This document shows positions 19,348 to 29,868 of a stretch of DNA of 64,000 nucleotides, one piece after another. Below the pieces are notes generated by a model, which did no database searches, was not told where the DNA came from, and was given only the letters and a program-made list of their open reading frames with translations. Position numbers and translations under genes: made by a program. The DNA is from an uncultured Acidobacteriota bacterium (GTDB lineage Bacteria > Acidobacteriota > Terriglobia > Terriglobales > Acidobacteriaceae): contig CAVTLP010000012.1 in the NCBI GenBank assembly GCA_963735555.1, positions 90,504 to 154,503 of the forward strand, read 5' to 3'. Every line of letters starts with the position of its first letter. Position 1 is the stretch's first letter.

Positions 19348-22300
19348 ATGTCCAAGTTTTTCATCAATCGTCCCATCGTCGCGATGGTCATCGCAATTCT
19401 GATGGTACTGGCCGGCGGGGTCGCAATACTCGAGCTGCCTACCGCACAGTTCCCCAATATTGCCGACCCGATGATTCAGGTGAAAGCTACCTACCCCGGG
19501 GCGGACGCCCAGACGATCGCTGAGTCCGTTGCAACGCCGATAGAGCAGCAGATGTCGGGCGTCAGCGGCATGAACTACATGTACTCGCTGAGCGCGAGCT
19601 CCGGTGGCGGGATGTCGCTGTACGTTGACTTCGCGTTGGGAACCGATGTCAACACCGACCAGATTCTGGCGCAGATGCGGCAAGGGCAGGCCAATTCGCA
19701 ACTGCCCTCCGAGGTCACTCAGCAAGGCGTAATCGTGCAGCCGGGTACGACGGCGCCTTTTATGCTGCTTGACCTCTACTCGCCCAACGGCGCGTACGAC
19801 AGCATCTTCCTGGCGAATTACGCCACCATCAATCTGCAGTACGCGCTCACCCGTATCGCCGGCGTCGGCCAGGTTCAGATATTCGGTGCCGGACCGTACG
19901 CGATGCGTATATGGGTGAATCCAGACCGGCTGGCAAGCCTGGGCGTCACCGTCACTGACATTGCCAACGCGGTCAAGCTCCAGAACAAGGTCAATCCCGC
20001 CGGTCAGATCGGCGGCGAACCCGTACCTGCTGGTCAGCAGTTTACCTACAACGTTCGCGCTCCCGGTCGCCTGCCGACTGCCCAGGAGTTTGGTGACATT
20101 GTCGTTCGTGCCCAGTCCGACGGCTCGATCCTGCGCCTGAGAGACGTGGCGCGAATGGAACTCGGGTCTCAATATTATTCGTTCATTGCACGCTTGGGAG
20201 TGTCCGACGATAGCAAGCCTTCCCAGTCCGCGGCACTCATCGCGCTCTACCTCACTCCTGGAAGCAATGCTCTGACTACGCGAGCCAATGTTCTCAAAAT
20301 GATGGAGGAGGCGAAAGGGAGGTTCCCCCAGGGTCTGGCTTACATCACGGCGCTCGACACGACGCTCGCGGTCAGCGCAGGAATCGACGAAATCTATAAG
20401 ACCCTGGGAGAGGCGCTGCTTCTGGTCATCATCGTCGTCTACATCTTTCTCCAGGGCTTGAGAGCCACGCTGATTCCGCTGCTCGCAGTTCCTGTCTCTC
20501 TGATCGCGACCTTCATCGTCTTCCCCATGCTCGGATTTTCTATCAATACCCTGTCTCTCCTGGGTATGGTGCTGGCGATTGGACTGGTCGTCGACGATGC
20601 CATCGTCGTCGTGGAGGCGGTAGAACACAATATCGAGAACGGGCTGACGTCCGCACGATGCCACCGTCAAAGCGATGGAGGAAGTTTCGGGTCCTGTCAT
20701 CGCCATCGCGCTCATCCTGGCTGCGAGTCTTCGTTCCCACGGCCTTCATTCCCGGCATCACCGGTCAGCTTTACAAGCAATTCGCAGTCACCATCGCAAT
20801 ATCGGTTCTCTTTTCGGCATTCAACGCTCTCACCCTCAGCCCGGCTCTTTCCGCCATGCTGCTGCGGCCGAAAAAGCCTGTCCGAGGACCGCTCGGCGCC
20901 TTCTTCCGCGGGTTTAACCGTGTCTTCGGTCGCGCTACCGACGGGTACGTGAATGTCTGCAGACACCTGATCCACAAGGTCGCCCTTACGTTTCTCCTTC
21001 TCGCCGGGCTGACCGTCGGCGCGGGTTACTTCGGAAAACAGCTCCCGGGAAGCTTTCTCCCTGATGAGGATCAGGGATACCTATACGCCGGGTTGCAACT
21101 ACCGAATGCGTCGTCTCTGCAACGCGACGTCGGACGCGGCGCGCGAAGTCGAGAAGGTCATGATGGATACGCCCGGCGTTCAATACGTCAGCACGGTCAA
21201 CGGATACAGTATGTTGAGCGGCGTCGACGCCACCTACAGTTCATTCTTCTTCGTGTCACTCAAGCCATGGGACGATCGCAAGACGCCGGAGGAGAGCTAC
21301 GAAGGGATTAAAGCCCACCTTCAGCGCGAGCTTTCAAGGGTCGCTTCGAGGAATTGCATTCTCGTTTCCGCCGCCAGCCATTCCGGGCGTGGGCACCGCG
21401 GGCGGCGCTACTTTCATTCTTGAAGACCGCTCCGGCGGCGGCATTGACTTTCTCGCGAAAAAGACCCAGATCTTTATGGCCGCGGCACGAAAACAGAAGG
21501 AGCTCCGGAGCTGGCGGGACTCTTCACAACAGCCCTGTTCGGCGTTCCCCAGGTCGGGGTTAACGTGGACAACGCCAAGGCGATGACCCAGCAGATCCCG
21601 CTGAGCGACCTGTACCAGACGGTGCAGACGTTCATGGGCGGCTCGCTGATTAACTTCTTCAACCGCTTCGGCCTGCAATGGCAGGTATATGTTCAGGCGG
21701 ATGGCGACTACCGAACCCAGGCACAAAATCTCGGCAAGTTTTACGTCAGGAACACCGCCGGTGAGATGGTCCCCCTGAGTACGCTGACCACTACCGATGC
21801 GCGCAGTGGGGCCGAATTCGTCATGCGCTACAACCTCTTCAACTGCGTGCAGATCAATGCAGCCGCCGCGCCCGGATATAGTTCCGCGCAGGTCATGGCC
21901 GCCTTGGAAGATGTCTTCCACCAGACGATGCCTGGAGAGATGGGCTTCGATTACTCCGGTATGTCGTACCAGGAACAGAAGGCGGCGCAAGGCGTTTCCC
22001 CGTCGATCATTTTTGGCATGGCGTTGTTTGTGGTCTTCCTCATCATGGCCGCGCAATATGAGAGCTGGACGCTGCCTTTCAGCGTGTTGCTTGGCCTTCC
22101 CATCGCCGTCTTCGGCGCATTCTTGACGCTCTACCTTCGCCGCTTCGACAATAATGTGTACGCCCAGATCGGTCTGGTCATGCTGATCGGACTGTCGTCC
22201 AAGAATGCCATTCTCATCGTGGAATTTGCCAAGATTGAGTACGACAGCGGAAAGTCGCTCATCGATGCTACCCTGACCGGCGCCAGGGTGAGACTGCGGC

Positions 22301-22569
22301 CTATCCTGATGACTGCATTTGCCTTCATTCTTGGCTGCGTGCCGTTGTGGCGGGCATTCGGAGCCGGCGCGATTTCGCGCCAGGTGCTGGGAACGACGGT
22401 CATTGGGGGCATGCTCGCGTCCACCGTCATCGCGATTTTCTTTGTTCCGGTTTCCTTTGATGTCGTGGAGCGCTTCGGCAATCTATTCAGTAAAGAAAAG
22501 GAAAAGCCAAAACTGGAGCCGGAGCCGCCGCCTGCCCCCGACGGCTCGTCGAAAGGAGAGCACCCATGA
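19348..22569 (+). CDS. RND efflux permease, HAE1/AcrB family (frameshifted)
   Basis: MSKFFINRPIVAMVIAI, LAIGLVVDDAIVVVE, KNAILIVEFAK, RLRPILMTAFAFILG; several indels between 20.6 and 21.5 kb. Confidence 0.95.
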
Positions 22570-23969
22570 TCCCGGCGATGACTCGGACAAAAATCTCCAT
22601 CGGCGTTGTGTTATTGCTCTCGCTCGGCGGTTGCAAGGTGGGCCCGAACTACCAGCGTCCTCCTCTGGATGTCCCCGGACAATACCGCGGCACCGCGCCC
22701 AATCTGCCGCAGCAGCCGCCCGGCGGACCCTTCGCCGAAATGAAGTGGCCGGACGTCTACCAGGACCCGGTTCTGCAGGCGCTGCTCAAGGAAGCCCTCA
22801 CCAACAACTACGACATTCGCATCGCCGCCAGCCGCATTATGCAGGCGCAGGCTTCACTGGGAGTCACCCGCGCAAACCAGTTCCCCACGGTGGGTGGCTT
22901 CGGCAGTATCCAGAATGAGCAGTCCACGCCGCTTTTCACCGGCTCGCCCTGGGTCGATACCCTCGGCCTGCAAATGAACTACATCGTCGATTTCTGGGGG
23001 CAATATCGTCGTGCCACCGAAGCGGCGCGGGCCAACCTGCTGGCCAGCCAATACGCTCAGGATGTAGTCCGCATCACACTGATCAACGAAATAGCAACCG
23101 CCTACTTCCTGCTTCGCCAATATGATGCCCAGCTGGAGATTTCCCAGAAAACGGTGGCCGCCGACAATGAGATCCTCAAGTTAAACACCATCAACTTCAA
23201 AGGCGGCTATTACGCGATCACCGACGTCTATCAGGCTCAGGTGCTCGTGCAACAGGCCGAGGCGCAGGCTATCCAACTGCAACAATTGATTCCGCAGACT
23301 GAGAATGCGCTCAGCATTCTCGTCGGCAGAAATCCCGGACCGATCACGCGTGGCCTCGATCTTGTCGATCAGCCCCATTTGCCCGAAGTCCCCGTAGGCC
23401 TTCCTTCAGCGCTTCTGGAGCGGCGCCCCGATGTGCGGCAGGCGGAAGAAGCGCTGGTCGCAGCCAACGCAAATGTAGGAGTGGCCAAGGCTGCATTCTT
23501 CCCGCAGATATCGTTGACCGGCACCTTCGGCGCCTCCAGCACTGCCTTGACCAGCTTCCTGCAGGGCCCTGCTACTTTCTGGTCCGTGGGAAGCCAGCTC
23601 GCGCAACCCATCTACGAGGGCGGCAGGATCAGGAGCGGCTACCGGCTGGCCTGGGCGCAACGGGACCAGGCCGAACTGCAGTATAAGCAAACCGTGCAGA
23701 AGGCTTTCGGAGATGTAGCGAGCAGTCTCGTTGGCTATAACCAATCCCGGCTGTATCGCATGAAGATCGAAGAGCAGACGCACACTTATGCGGAAACCGC
23801 GCGCCTCGCAAATGTCAGGTTTACCGGCGGGTACGCCAGCTTTCTTGAAGTGCTGTACATCGAGCAGCAGTACTTCACCTCCGAATTGAACCTGGAGCAG
23901 GCCTGGTATTCAGAACTGCAAAATTACGATCAGCTCTACCAGGCCCTCGGCGGCGGCTGGGATAAATAG
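22566..23969 (+). CDS. RND outer-membrane factor lipoprotein (NodT/OprM family)
   Basis: LGGCKVGPNYQRP, GLPSALLERRPDVRQAE, AAFFPQISLTG, LYQALGGGW. Confidence 0.95.
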   Translation: MIPAMTRTKISIGVVLLLSLGGCKVGPNYQRPPLDVPGQYRGTAPNLPQQPPGGPFAEMKWPDVYQDPVLQALLKEALTNNYDIRIAASRIMQAQASLGVTRANQFPTVGGFGSIQNEQSTPLFTGSPWVDTLGLQMNYIVDFWGQYRRATEAARANLLASQYAQDVVRITLINEIATAYFLLRQYDAQLEISQKTVAADNEILKLNTINFKGGYYAITDVYQAQVLVQQAEAQAIQLQQLIPQTENALSILVGRNPGPITRGLDLVDQPHLPEVPVGLPSALLERRPDVRQAEEALVAANANVGVAKAAFFPQISLTGTFGASSTALTSFLQGPATFWSVGSQLAQPIYEGGRIRSGYRLAWAQRDQAELQYKQTVQKAFGDVASSLVGYNQSRLYRMKIEEQTHTYAETARLANVRFTGGYASFLEVLYIEQQYFTSELNLEQAWYSELQNYDQLYQALGGGWDK

Positions 23970-24142
23970 CAACTCGTCCGCAGATGGACAAACCAGGAGC
24001 GATAGGGCTCTTCCGCCCAGCACGGCGTACGAGCAGTTCAACGTTCTACACTAAGAGCAGCCACCAACCCAATCGGCTGGCCGTATACGGCTAACGATTC
24101 GCTCGAGTTGGAATAAACAACACCGGTAGTTCCCCCAAGACA

Positions 24143-26671
24143 ATGAGATTGAAGGAGCAGCTCTTGCGCGCGGAGAAGAATGCGTTTTACCGTCAGTCCC
24201 TCTCGATAGCCGCTTTCGGCATCGTATTGATCTCTTCGATCTTCGCCCCGTCAGCGCTCGGACAGGATTTCAAGAGACCGGATGGAAGCGTCCCTCTGCC
24301 TTTGGACTGGAGCAATCAGCACCTCATCTATACCGTAGGATTCACGGGCGAGCAGGCAACGAATATGCAGGGCGATCCGCGGTACTTCGCAGCGGCGCGC
24401 TCACACGGTAAAGCACTGGCTGATGCGAATGCTGTGCAAGGGTATCCAGCTTTCGATAGGTCGTCCGCCTTGAGACTAGGGCCTCAACCACCCCGGCGAT
24501 TTCCGATCAGCCCCAGAAGAAGGATTGGCTTGCCGTCGAATGAGATAAAAAAGGACTGGAGCGTATCCCTTGGTCCCACGGCCGGAGTCGCCACCGGCCA
24601 GTCGCCCGCGAAGTTTTCCTTCGACGTCAACGCGGCGCCGAGCTGCACCGCCGATTACGTGGTGTTTCCCGTCAATGCTTCGACCGGGTACACGCGAGCC
24701 AGTGTAGTCGGTACATTCAGCAACTCCAGCGGTAACGCGAGCGGGCAGACGGTTACGTTCACGGTAACCCCGACCGGCGGATCCTCGATACTGCTGACTT
24801 TGACCGCCAGCCTCACCGTTAACACAGGGCTGAACTTTCAGGTTTTCGCATCAGGAGGTTCGGCCAACGCGACCGCCTCTGCAACCAATCTGGCGGCCGC
24901 GATCAATCGCAATCTCAATGCCACATCCGCGGGCCGCATCGTGGCGATTGCATCGACCAACACCGTCACCGTCTATACGCTCACGCCGGGGAGCCGGGTA
25001 ACCCTGAGTCCCCCCAGTGAAAATGTGGCCAATTTCTCCTTTGGGAGTGTCTCTGCCGGTGCCAACGGCGCTCAGGCCAACATCGTCGGACTCAATAATC
25101 TGTACAGCGGGAGTGGAACACCCTTCTGCACGGGTAAGACCTTTCCAACGTTTATCTTTTCCTACGCCTCCGGCGCCGGAGCCGTTACCACCTCGCCCGT
25201 CATCTCGCTCGACGGCACCAAGACTGCCTATATCGAGAACGCTCCGTCCATCGGCACCATCCTGCACGTATTGACCTTTGGCAGCGGCTCCACCGAGTAT
25301 GGAACCTGCGCCAATAGCGGCACCGCCTTGCCGACCTGCGCAATCCATCCGGCCGTCCCGGGCAGCACCGCCGGAAGCACCGCGACGGATTTCATGGTTC
25401 CGCTGAGTTTACCCACCCTGGGCATTGCGGCAACAGATACCTACTCGGCTCCCTTCGTGAATTACGCCACCGATACCCTGTTTGTTGGAGACGATCAGGG
25501 ACACCTTTATTCCGTCACCGGAGTCTTCCAGGGCACGCCGGCGCTTGCAGCTTCGCCCTTTCCCGTCACGGTAAGCAGCGGCAACATCCTCAACTCTCCG
25601 GTGGTGGATGTAAGCGGCACCGGCGATATTTTCATTGGGGACAGCCTCTCGAATATTTTCGACTACTCTCCGGCAGGGGTTATCGTCGGAACCTCGCAAT
25701 CGATCGGCAATGGCACAAACGGGGGCATTCATGACGGCGCAATCGTTGACTCGACGAATGCGAAAGTCTATTTCACTACGAACTGCTCCGGCAGCGGTGG
25801 GAGCAGCGAACTGGCCCAGATTCCGTTCTCGGCTGCGGGCCTGGGAACTGCGATAAAGGGAAGTATCGACGGCCCGGGAGAAGGCTGCGCAGCTGGTGCC
25901 GGACCCCAGCACGTCGTCATCCCTGACAACCTGTACTACACCGTGGGAATCAGCTCGGCTACCGCCGCAAACAATGGCCACGTGGTCGTGTGCTACCAGG
26001 GTACCGGCAGCGTACGTCTGGCGCAGTGGGGATTTGTGTCAGGCAACCTTCAGACAACGGCTCAATTCGACAATAATTCCTTCCTTACCAGCGCCAGTTA
26101 CACTTGCTCGCCGCCCGTGGAGTTCTATGGCGCTACCGTGGCATACACCCCAACTGTACTGACGCAAAGCGGAACGACCGTGACTGTAACCACAGCGACA
26201 AACTCGTTTGACAGCGGACAGCTGGTTACAATCGCCGGCGTAGTTGCCGGCACGGGCGGCTGCACCGCCGCTGCGGCTGCTGCCATCAATGGGCAACAGA
26301 CCATTACGGTGCTAAGCGCAACGCGGTTTACCTTCACCAGCACGCTGTCCACGACAATCGCCAGCGGCGCTTGCACCCTGACTGGCTCATCAGCCACTGG
26401 CCCTACGCAGGATTACGTGTTCTTCGGAACTCCGCAACCGTCGGCATGGACCTTTACCTTGCCGCTTACGAGCAACGGCCAGGCTGCTCTCGCCACCAAC
26501 ACGACCAGCGTAACCGGCGGCACAAGCGGCATGATCGTGGATAACGATTCCAACAGTGGGCAGGCCTCGAGCCTTTACTTCGGCACACAGGCGACCTCAA
26601 CCACGCAGTGTGGAACAACCGCGGCCTATTGCGCGGTCAAGCTTACGCAGTCTGCAGCCGGGTTGCTGTGA
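24143..26671 (+). CDS. Large secreted Thr/Gly/Ser-rich protein, probable beta-propeller with inserted domains
   Basis: Intact 842-aa ORF with a signal peptide. Has repeated SP-V/I...xFxGD propeller-like blades (TSPVIS, SAPFVNY, NSPVVD, DGAIVD) and paired Cys. Confidence 0.75.
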   Translation: MRLKEQLLRAEKNAFYRQSLSIAAFGIVLISSIFAPSALGQDFKRPDGSVPLPLDWSNQHLIYTVGFTGEQATNMQGDPRYFAAARSHGKALADANAVQGYPAFDRSSALRLGPQPPRRFPISPRRRIGLPSNEIKKDWSVSLGPTAGVATGQSPAKFSFDVNAAPSCTADYVVFPVNASTGYTRASVVGTFSNSSGNASGQTVTFTVTPTGGSSILLTLTASLTVNTGLNFQVFASGGSANATASATNLAAAINRNLNATSAGRIVAIASTNTVTVYTLTPGSRVTLSPPSENVANFSFGSVSAGANGAQANIVGLNNLYSGSGTPFCTGKTFPTFIFSYASGAGAVTTSPVISLDGTKTAYIENAPSIGTILHVLTFGSGSTEYGTCANSGTALPTCAIHPAVPGSTAGSTATDFMVPLSLPTLGIAATDTYSAPFVNYATDTLFVGDDQGHLYSVTGVFQGTPALAASPFPVTVSSGNILNSPVVDVSGTGDIFIGDSLSNIFDYSPAGVIVGTSQSIGNGTNGGIHDGAIVDSTNAKVYFTTNCSGSGGSSELAQIPFSAAGLGTAIKGSIDGPGEGCAAGAGPQHVVIPDNLYYTVGISSATAANNGHVVVCYQGTGSVRLAQWGFVSGNLQTTAQFDNNSFLTSASYTCSPPVEFYGATVAYTPTVLTQSGTTVTVTTATNSFDSGQLVTIAGVVAGTGGCTAAAAAAINGQQTITVLSATRFTFTSTLSTTIASGACTLTGSSATGPTQDYVFFGTPQPSAWTFTLPLTSNGQAALATNTTSVTGGTSGMIVDNDSNSGQASSLYFGTQATSTTQCGTTAAYCAVKLTQSAAGLL

Positions 26672-26912
26672 TTCCCGCCCTCCCCGAGCCAGGTAGGGAA
26701 GGAGCACTGGGCGGAGATTGAGGCAGGAGATGTGCGCCGCAAGCTTCGGGGCTCTTATCTTCGCAAGTTGCCGTATAACACCAAACCGAGACACTGGCAC
26801 CCACAGGACACACCACGTTTCCAGAACCTGCCACCCTCGAAATGCGCTTTTGGCGATTTACTACTCGTCGAGAACAAGACCTGTCGCGATGGGTATGGGA
26901 AACGTTCGTGGG

Positions 26913-28649
26913 TCATTGTGTGGTGAACCCGCAGCGCTCAACCAGGGCGGCGAAACGGGAATCGGTTCGAAATTTGTCCCATTTCGGATCCACGTTAAGG
27001 AGCGCGAGGTGCACATCGTGGACGTCGAAGGCGTGGTCCAGCCAGCCCAGCGCTGTTTCCGCCTGCCCAAGGCCAGCGTGCACCAACGCTTTCGAGTACG
27101 GCGGTACATAGCGTTCCTGCGAAACCACCTCCAGCGCACTCAGGACTTCACGCGCCTCAGCGATGCGCCCAACCTTCGCAAGTATGTAGCCACGCAGCCC
27201 GATGACCTTGCTGTTTGCGCTGTTTACGGCGGCTTTCTGGAGTGCGTCCAGAGCCATATCGTTGTTACCCAGCTGCTCATACGCCATAGCGCGCTGGTAA
27301 TAACCCACCCAGAATTCGGGATTGAGAACATTCGCTCGACTCGCAAGTTCGAGTGCCGACGGGAAGTCCCGCGCGTTGAAAGCAACCTGGGCAGAGAGTG
27401 CGCAGTGGGTAGCGTCGAGAGGGTCCAGTTCTCGCGCGCGGCGGGCGGCGGCGAGACCCTCCCGGTGCCGGCCCATATGAGACAGGGCGACCCCGAGCAT
27501 GCGATGCCCCAGCGAATAGCTGGGGTCCAGCGCTATGGCTTTTTCGAGTGCCCGTTCCGCTGCTGGCCATTCCCAATCTAACCAGAATTTCATAAACCCA
27601 AATGATGTATGGGTGGCAGCGAGATCGGGGCCGGTACTGACGGCATGCGCGGCGGCTCCGCGGGCTCTCTCCCAGACCTGCTGTGGCGGAGCATCACCAT
27701 TGATGGGGCTTGCGGCAAGCGCATCCGCAAGTCCGGACCAGGCGAGAGCATATTTCGGGTCCAGCTCGGTCGCACGCGTGTACAGCTCAAGGGCTTTTCG
27801 TGTCGTCGGCGGGGAGAGCTGGTTCCAGAAATAACGCCCCCGAAGATAGAAATCGTAGGCTTCCTGATGGGACGTTTGGCGTTGCGCGAGCGCTCCTACC
27901 CGCTCAGGCGAGAGATGCAGCCGCACCTCCAGTGCAATCGCGGTACTGAGTTGACGTTGAAAGGCCAGCACGCTGGCCGGCTCACTGTCATACGATTCCC
28001 CCCAGATTTGAACCTGCTCCCTCGCGCGGATCAGCTTCGAGGTGATGCGTAACCGCACGTCCTCTGCGCGAACGGAGCTCTCCACCAAGAATGCGGCTCC
28101 AAGTTCACGTCCGATATCGGAAAGCGATTTCGTCGTTCGCTTGTAGGCCATCATGGTAGTCCGCCCAATCACGCTGATGTGTGCGGGATCGATCTGGCCG
28201 AGAGCTGCGATTACCTCCTCCGTCAACCCGTCGGCCAGATACTCGAGATCGGAACCGGCACCGAAGCTTTCGAAGGGCAACACGGCGAGGATCACGTGTG
28301 AGGCGTCTCGTAACTCCGCCCCGAGGGTCTCGACCGACGCGGTGAAGCGGTAACCGCGCTTCGAGACGGTTTCGATGACATTGGACGCGTTGGGCCCGTC
28401 ACGAAGAACCTTGCGAAGATGAGAGATCGCATGTGCGATTGCAACCTCTTCGACCATGCTGTCCTTCCACACTCGCGTCAGGAACTCTTGTTTCTCGAGC
28501 AGGCGGCCTCCGCTTTCCACCAGGAGCAACAAGGTATCGAATAGTTTCGGAGCAAGCTGTACCGGATGGCCGTCACGGAGCAATCGCTTGTCCGTCGGAA
28601 CGACGCAGAAGTTCCCGAATTTGTAGGAAACGGGTTGCGATTCTCCCAA
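26913..28649 (-). CDS. Winged-helix (CadC/OmpR-type DBD) - TolB-like - TPR transcriptional regulator
   Basis: YKFGNF..LAPKLFDTLLLLVE..ISHLRKVL..IETVSKRGYRF, LAVLPF..DGLTEEVI, EAYDFYLRGRYFW, then TPR repeats. Confidence 0.9.
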   Translation of the reverse strand: MGESQPVSYKFGNFCVVPTDKRLLRDGHPVQLAPKLFDTLLLLVESGGRLLEKQEFLTRVWKDSMVEEVAIAHAISHLRKVLRDGPNASNVIETVSKRGYRFTASVETLGAELRDASHVILAVLPFESFGAGSDLEYLADGLTEEVIAALGQIDPAHISVIGRTTMMAYKRTTKSLSDIGRELGAAFLVESSVRAEDVRLRITSKLIRAREQVQIWGESYDSEPASVLAFQRQLSTAIALEVRLHLSPERVGALAQRQTSHQEAYDFYLRGRYFWNQLSPPTTRKALELYTRATELDPKYALAWSGLADALAASPINGDAPPQQVWERARGAAAHAVSTGPDLAATHTSFGFMKFWLDWEWPAAERALEKAIALDPSYSLGHRMLGVALSHMGRHREGLAAARRARELDPLDATHCALSAQVAFNARDFPSALELASRANVLNPEFWVGYYQRAMAYEQLGNNDMALDALQKAAVNSANSKVIGLRGYILAKVGRIAEAREVLSALEVVSQERYVPPYSKALVHAGLGQAETALGWLDHAFDVHDVHLALLNVDPKWDKFRTDSRFAALVERCGFTTQ

Positions 28650-28802
28650 GTTTCCCGCCGTGGGTAGCCAGTATAGTAGCAGGTCAAATATAAGTCAGAA
28701 AACGCAACAATTTCGCTAAGACTTGGGACGAATACCGGTGCAACCATGGACATCGTCAATCGCCGAACTCGTACATAAGCCGGTCGACAGAAGGAATAAA
28801 CC

Positions 28803-29330
28803 ATGAAAGTAGTACGAAGAAGCTTTACAGCGGCCGTCGTGCCGCTGATCGCGCTCGCGGCCATGCTGTTTGGGGCGAGTTCAACCGCCGTTGCGCAGTC
28901 TGAGGAATCCGGCTATACCAGAGGCCTCGAAGGCACATGGCGCAACGGCCTCGAAGGGACATGGAATGCGCAGCTCACGGTCACCGACTGTAACAATCCG
29001 AACACGGTGATCAGGTCCTTCCCAGCCAAATTTGCGTACGCCAAAGGGGGCACGCTCACCGTCACGACCGCAGGACAACTCCCTTCGCTAAACACTGCCG
29101 GCCTGGGTGTCTGGAACCACTTGTACGGCCGCACGTACAGTGCGGTTTCCGAGGCCTTCATTTTTAACACCGCCGGAGCCTGGACGTCGACACAAAGGCT
29201 CACGCGCGTGATCGAGGTCAGTAGGGACGCGAAGACGTATACGGACATGGTTGCGCTTGAAATCCTCGACACCAAGGGAAACGTGCTGGTAACGGGCTGC
29301 GCGACGAGCGTCGCGAGTCGCCTCGAATAA
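28803..29330 (+). CDS. Hypothetical secreted beta-barrel (lipocalin-like) protein
   Basis: AAGGA RBS, signal peptide, LEGTW motif, GxW in the middle; divergent from the regulator. Confidence 0.75.
   Translation: MKVVRRSFTAAVVPLIALAAMLFGASSTAVAQSEESGYTRGLEGTWRNGLEGTWNAQLTVTDCNNPNTVIRSFPAKFAYAKGGTLTVTTAGQLPSLNTAGLGVWNHLYGRTYSAVSEAFIFNTAGAWTSTQRLTRVIEVSRDAKTYTDMVALEILDTKGNVLVTGCATSVASRLE
28923..28964 (+). repeat. 24-nt tandem duplication (GLEGTW x2)
   Basis: ggcctcgaaggcacatgg at 28923 and ggcctcgaagggacatgg at 28947. Confidence 0.85.
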
Positions 29331-29616
29331 GTGGGTGGAAGATTGGTCAGAGTGGAAGCCAATGAAATCAATGAAGGGGCGAGGTGGCTGGCCTCTTTTT
29401 TATTTCCACCAAGAGGACCGTTCGCATCATCAAGGTGTTTAGGTCGGTTGACTGGCAACCCAGAAGATCTGCTTCGTGTCTGAAAGGTCCCCGATTTGCG
29501 GTAGTTCGGCTCTCAGCCTGCATTACAGGCAAATTCACTCATTGAGGCGCGATCATGGCCCTGACCCGAGCTCCGAGCGTGCGGTCCCGACTGCTCGGAA
29601 GCGGACCCCTGATGAG

Positions 29617-29863
29617 TTGGCCGACTATTTCCCCCAATCCGCTACAATAGAAATAGAGACAAAAGCCCGCCACACACGGCGGGCTTTTCTTTGTTCCCAA
29701 AATGAGAGGGCCTCGTAGACCCTTCGAGTAACGCCTTTCTTATCTATTACTTGGGTAAAAGTACCTTGTTATGAATGAGTTGCAGATCAACCTCTCCACG
29801 AACCAGATGGAATGAATGGGTTAGGCAAAAGAGGGGGTAAAAAGGGGGAGGGGGGTGGGGGTC
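29617..29863 (+). repeat. Non-coding repeated element, copy A (promoter-like head, hairpin, 27-bp quasi-palindromes, G-run)
   Basis: 29617-29660 matches 59115-59158 at 38/44 nt. Hairpin 29661-29688; 27-mers at 29728, 29757 and 29798; G-tracts 29831-29862. Confidence 0.8.
29661..29694. terminator. Bidirectional intrinsic-terminator-like hairpin
   Basis: aaaagcccgcc-acacac-ggcgggctttt, an 11-bp stem with U-tracts on both strands. Confidence 0.75.
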
Positions 29864-29868
29864 CCAGC

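Noticed and set aside
29331-29460. Possible integrase attachment-arm remnant (gtggaa repeats, inverted ttccacc, aagccaatgaaatcaatga)
   Set aside because: Motifs are too short and no integrase or tRNA is adjacent; cannot be distinguished from a terminator region.
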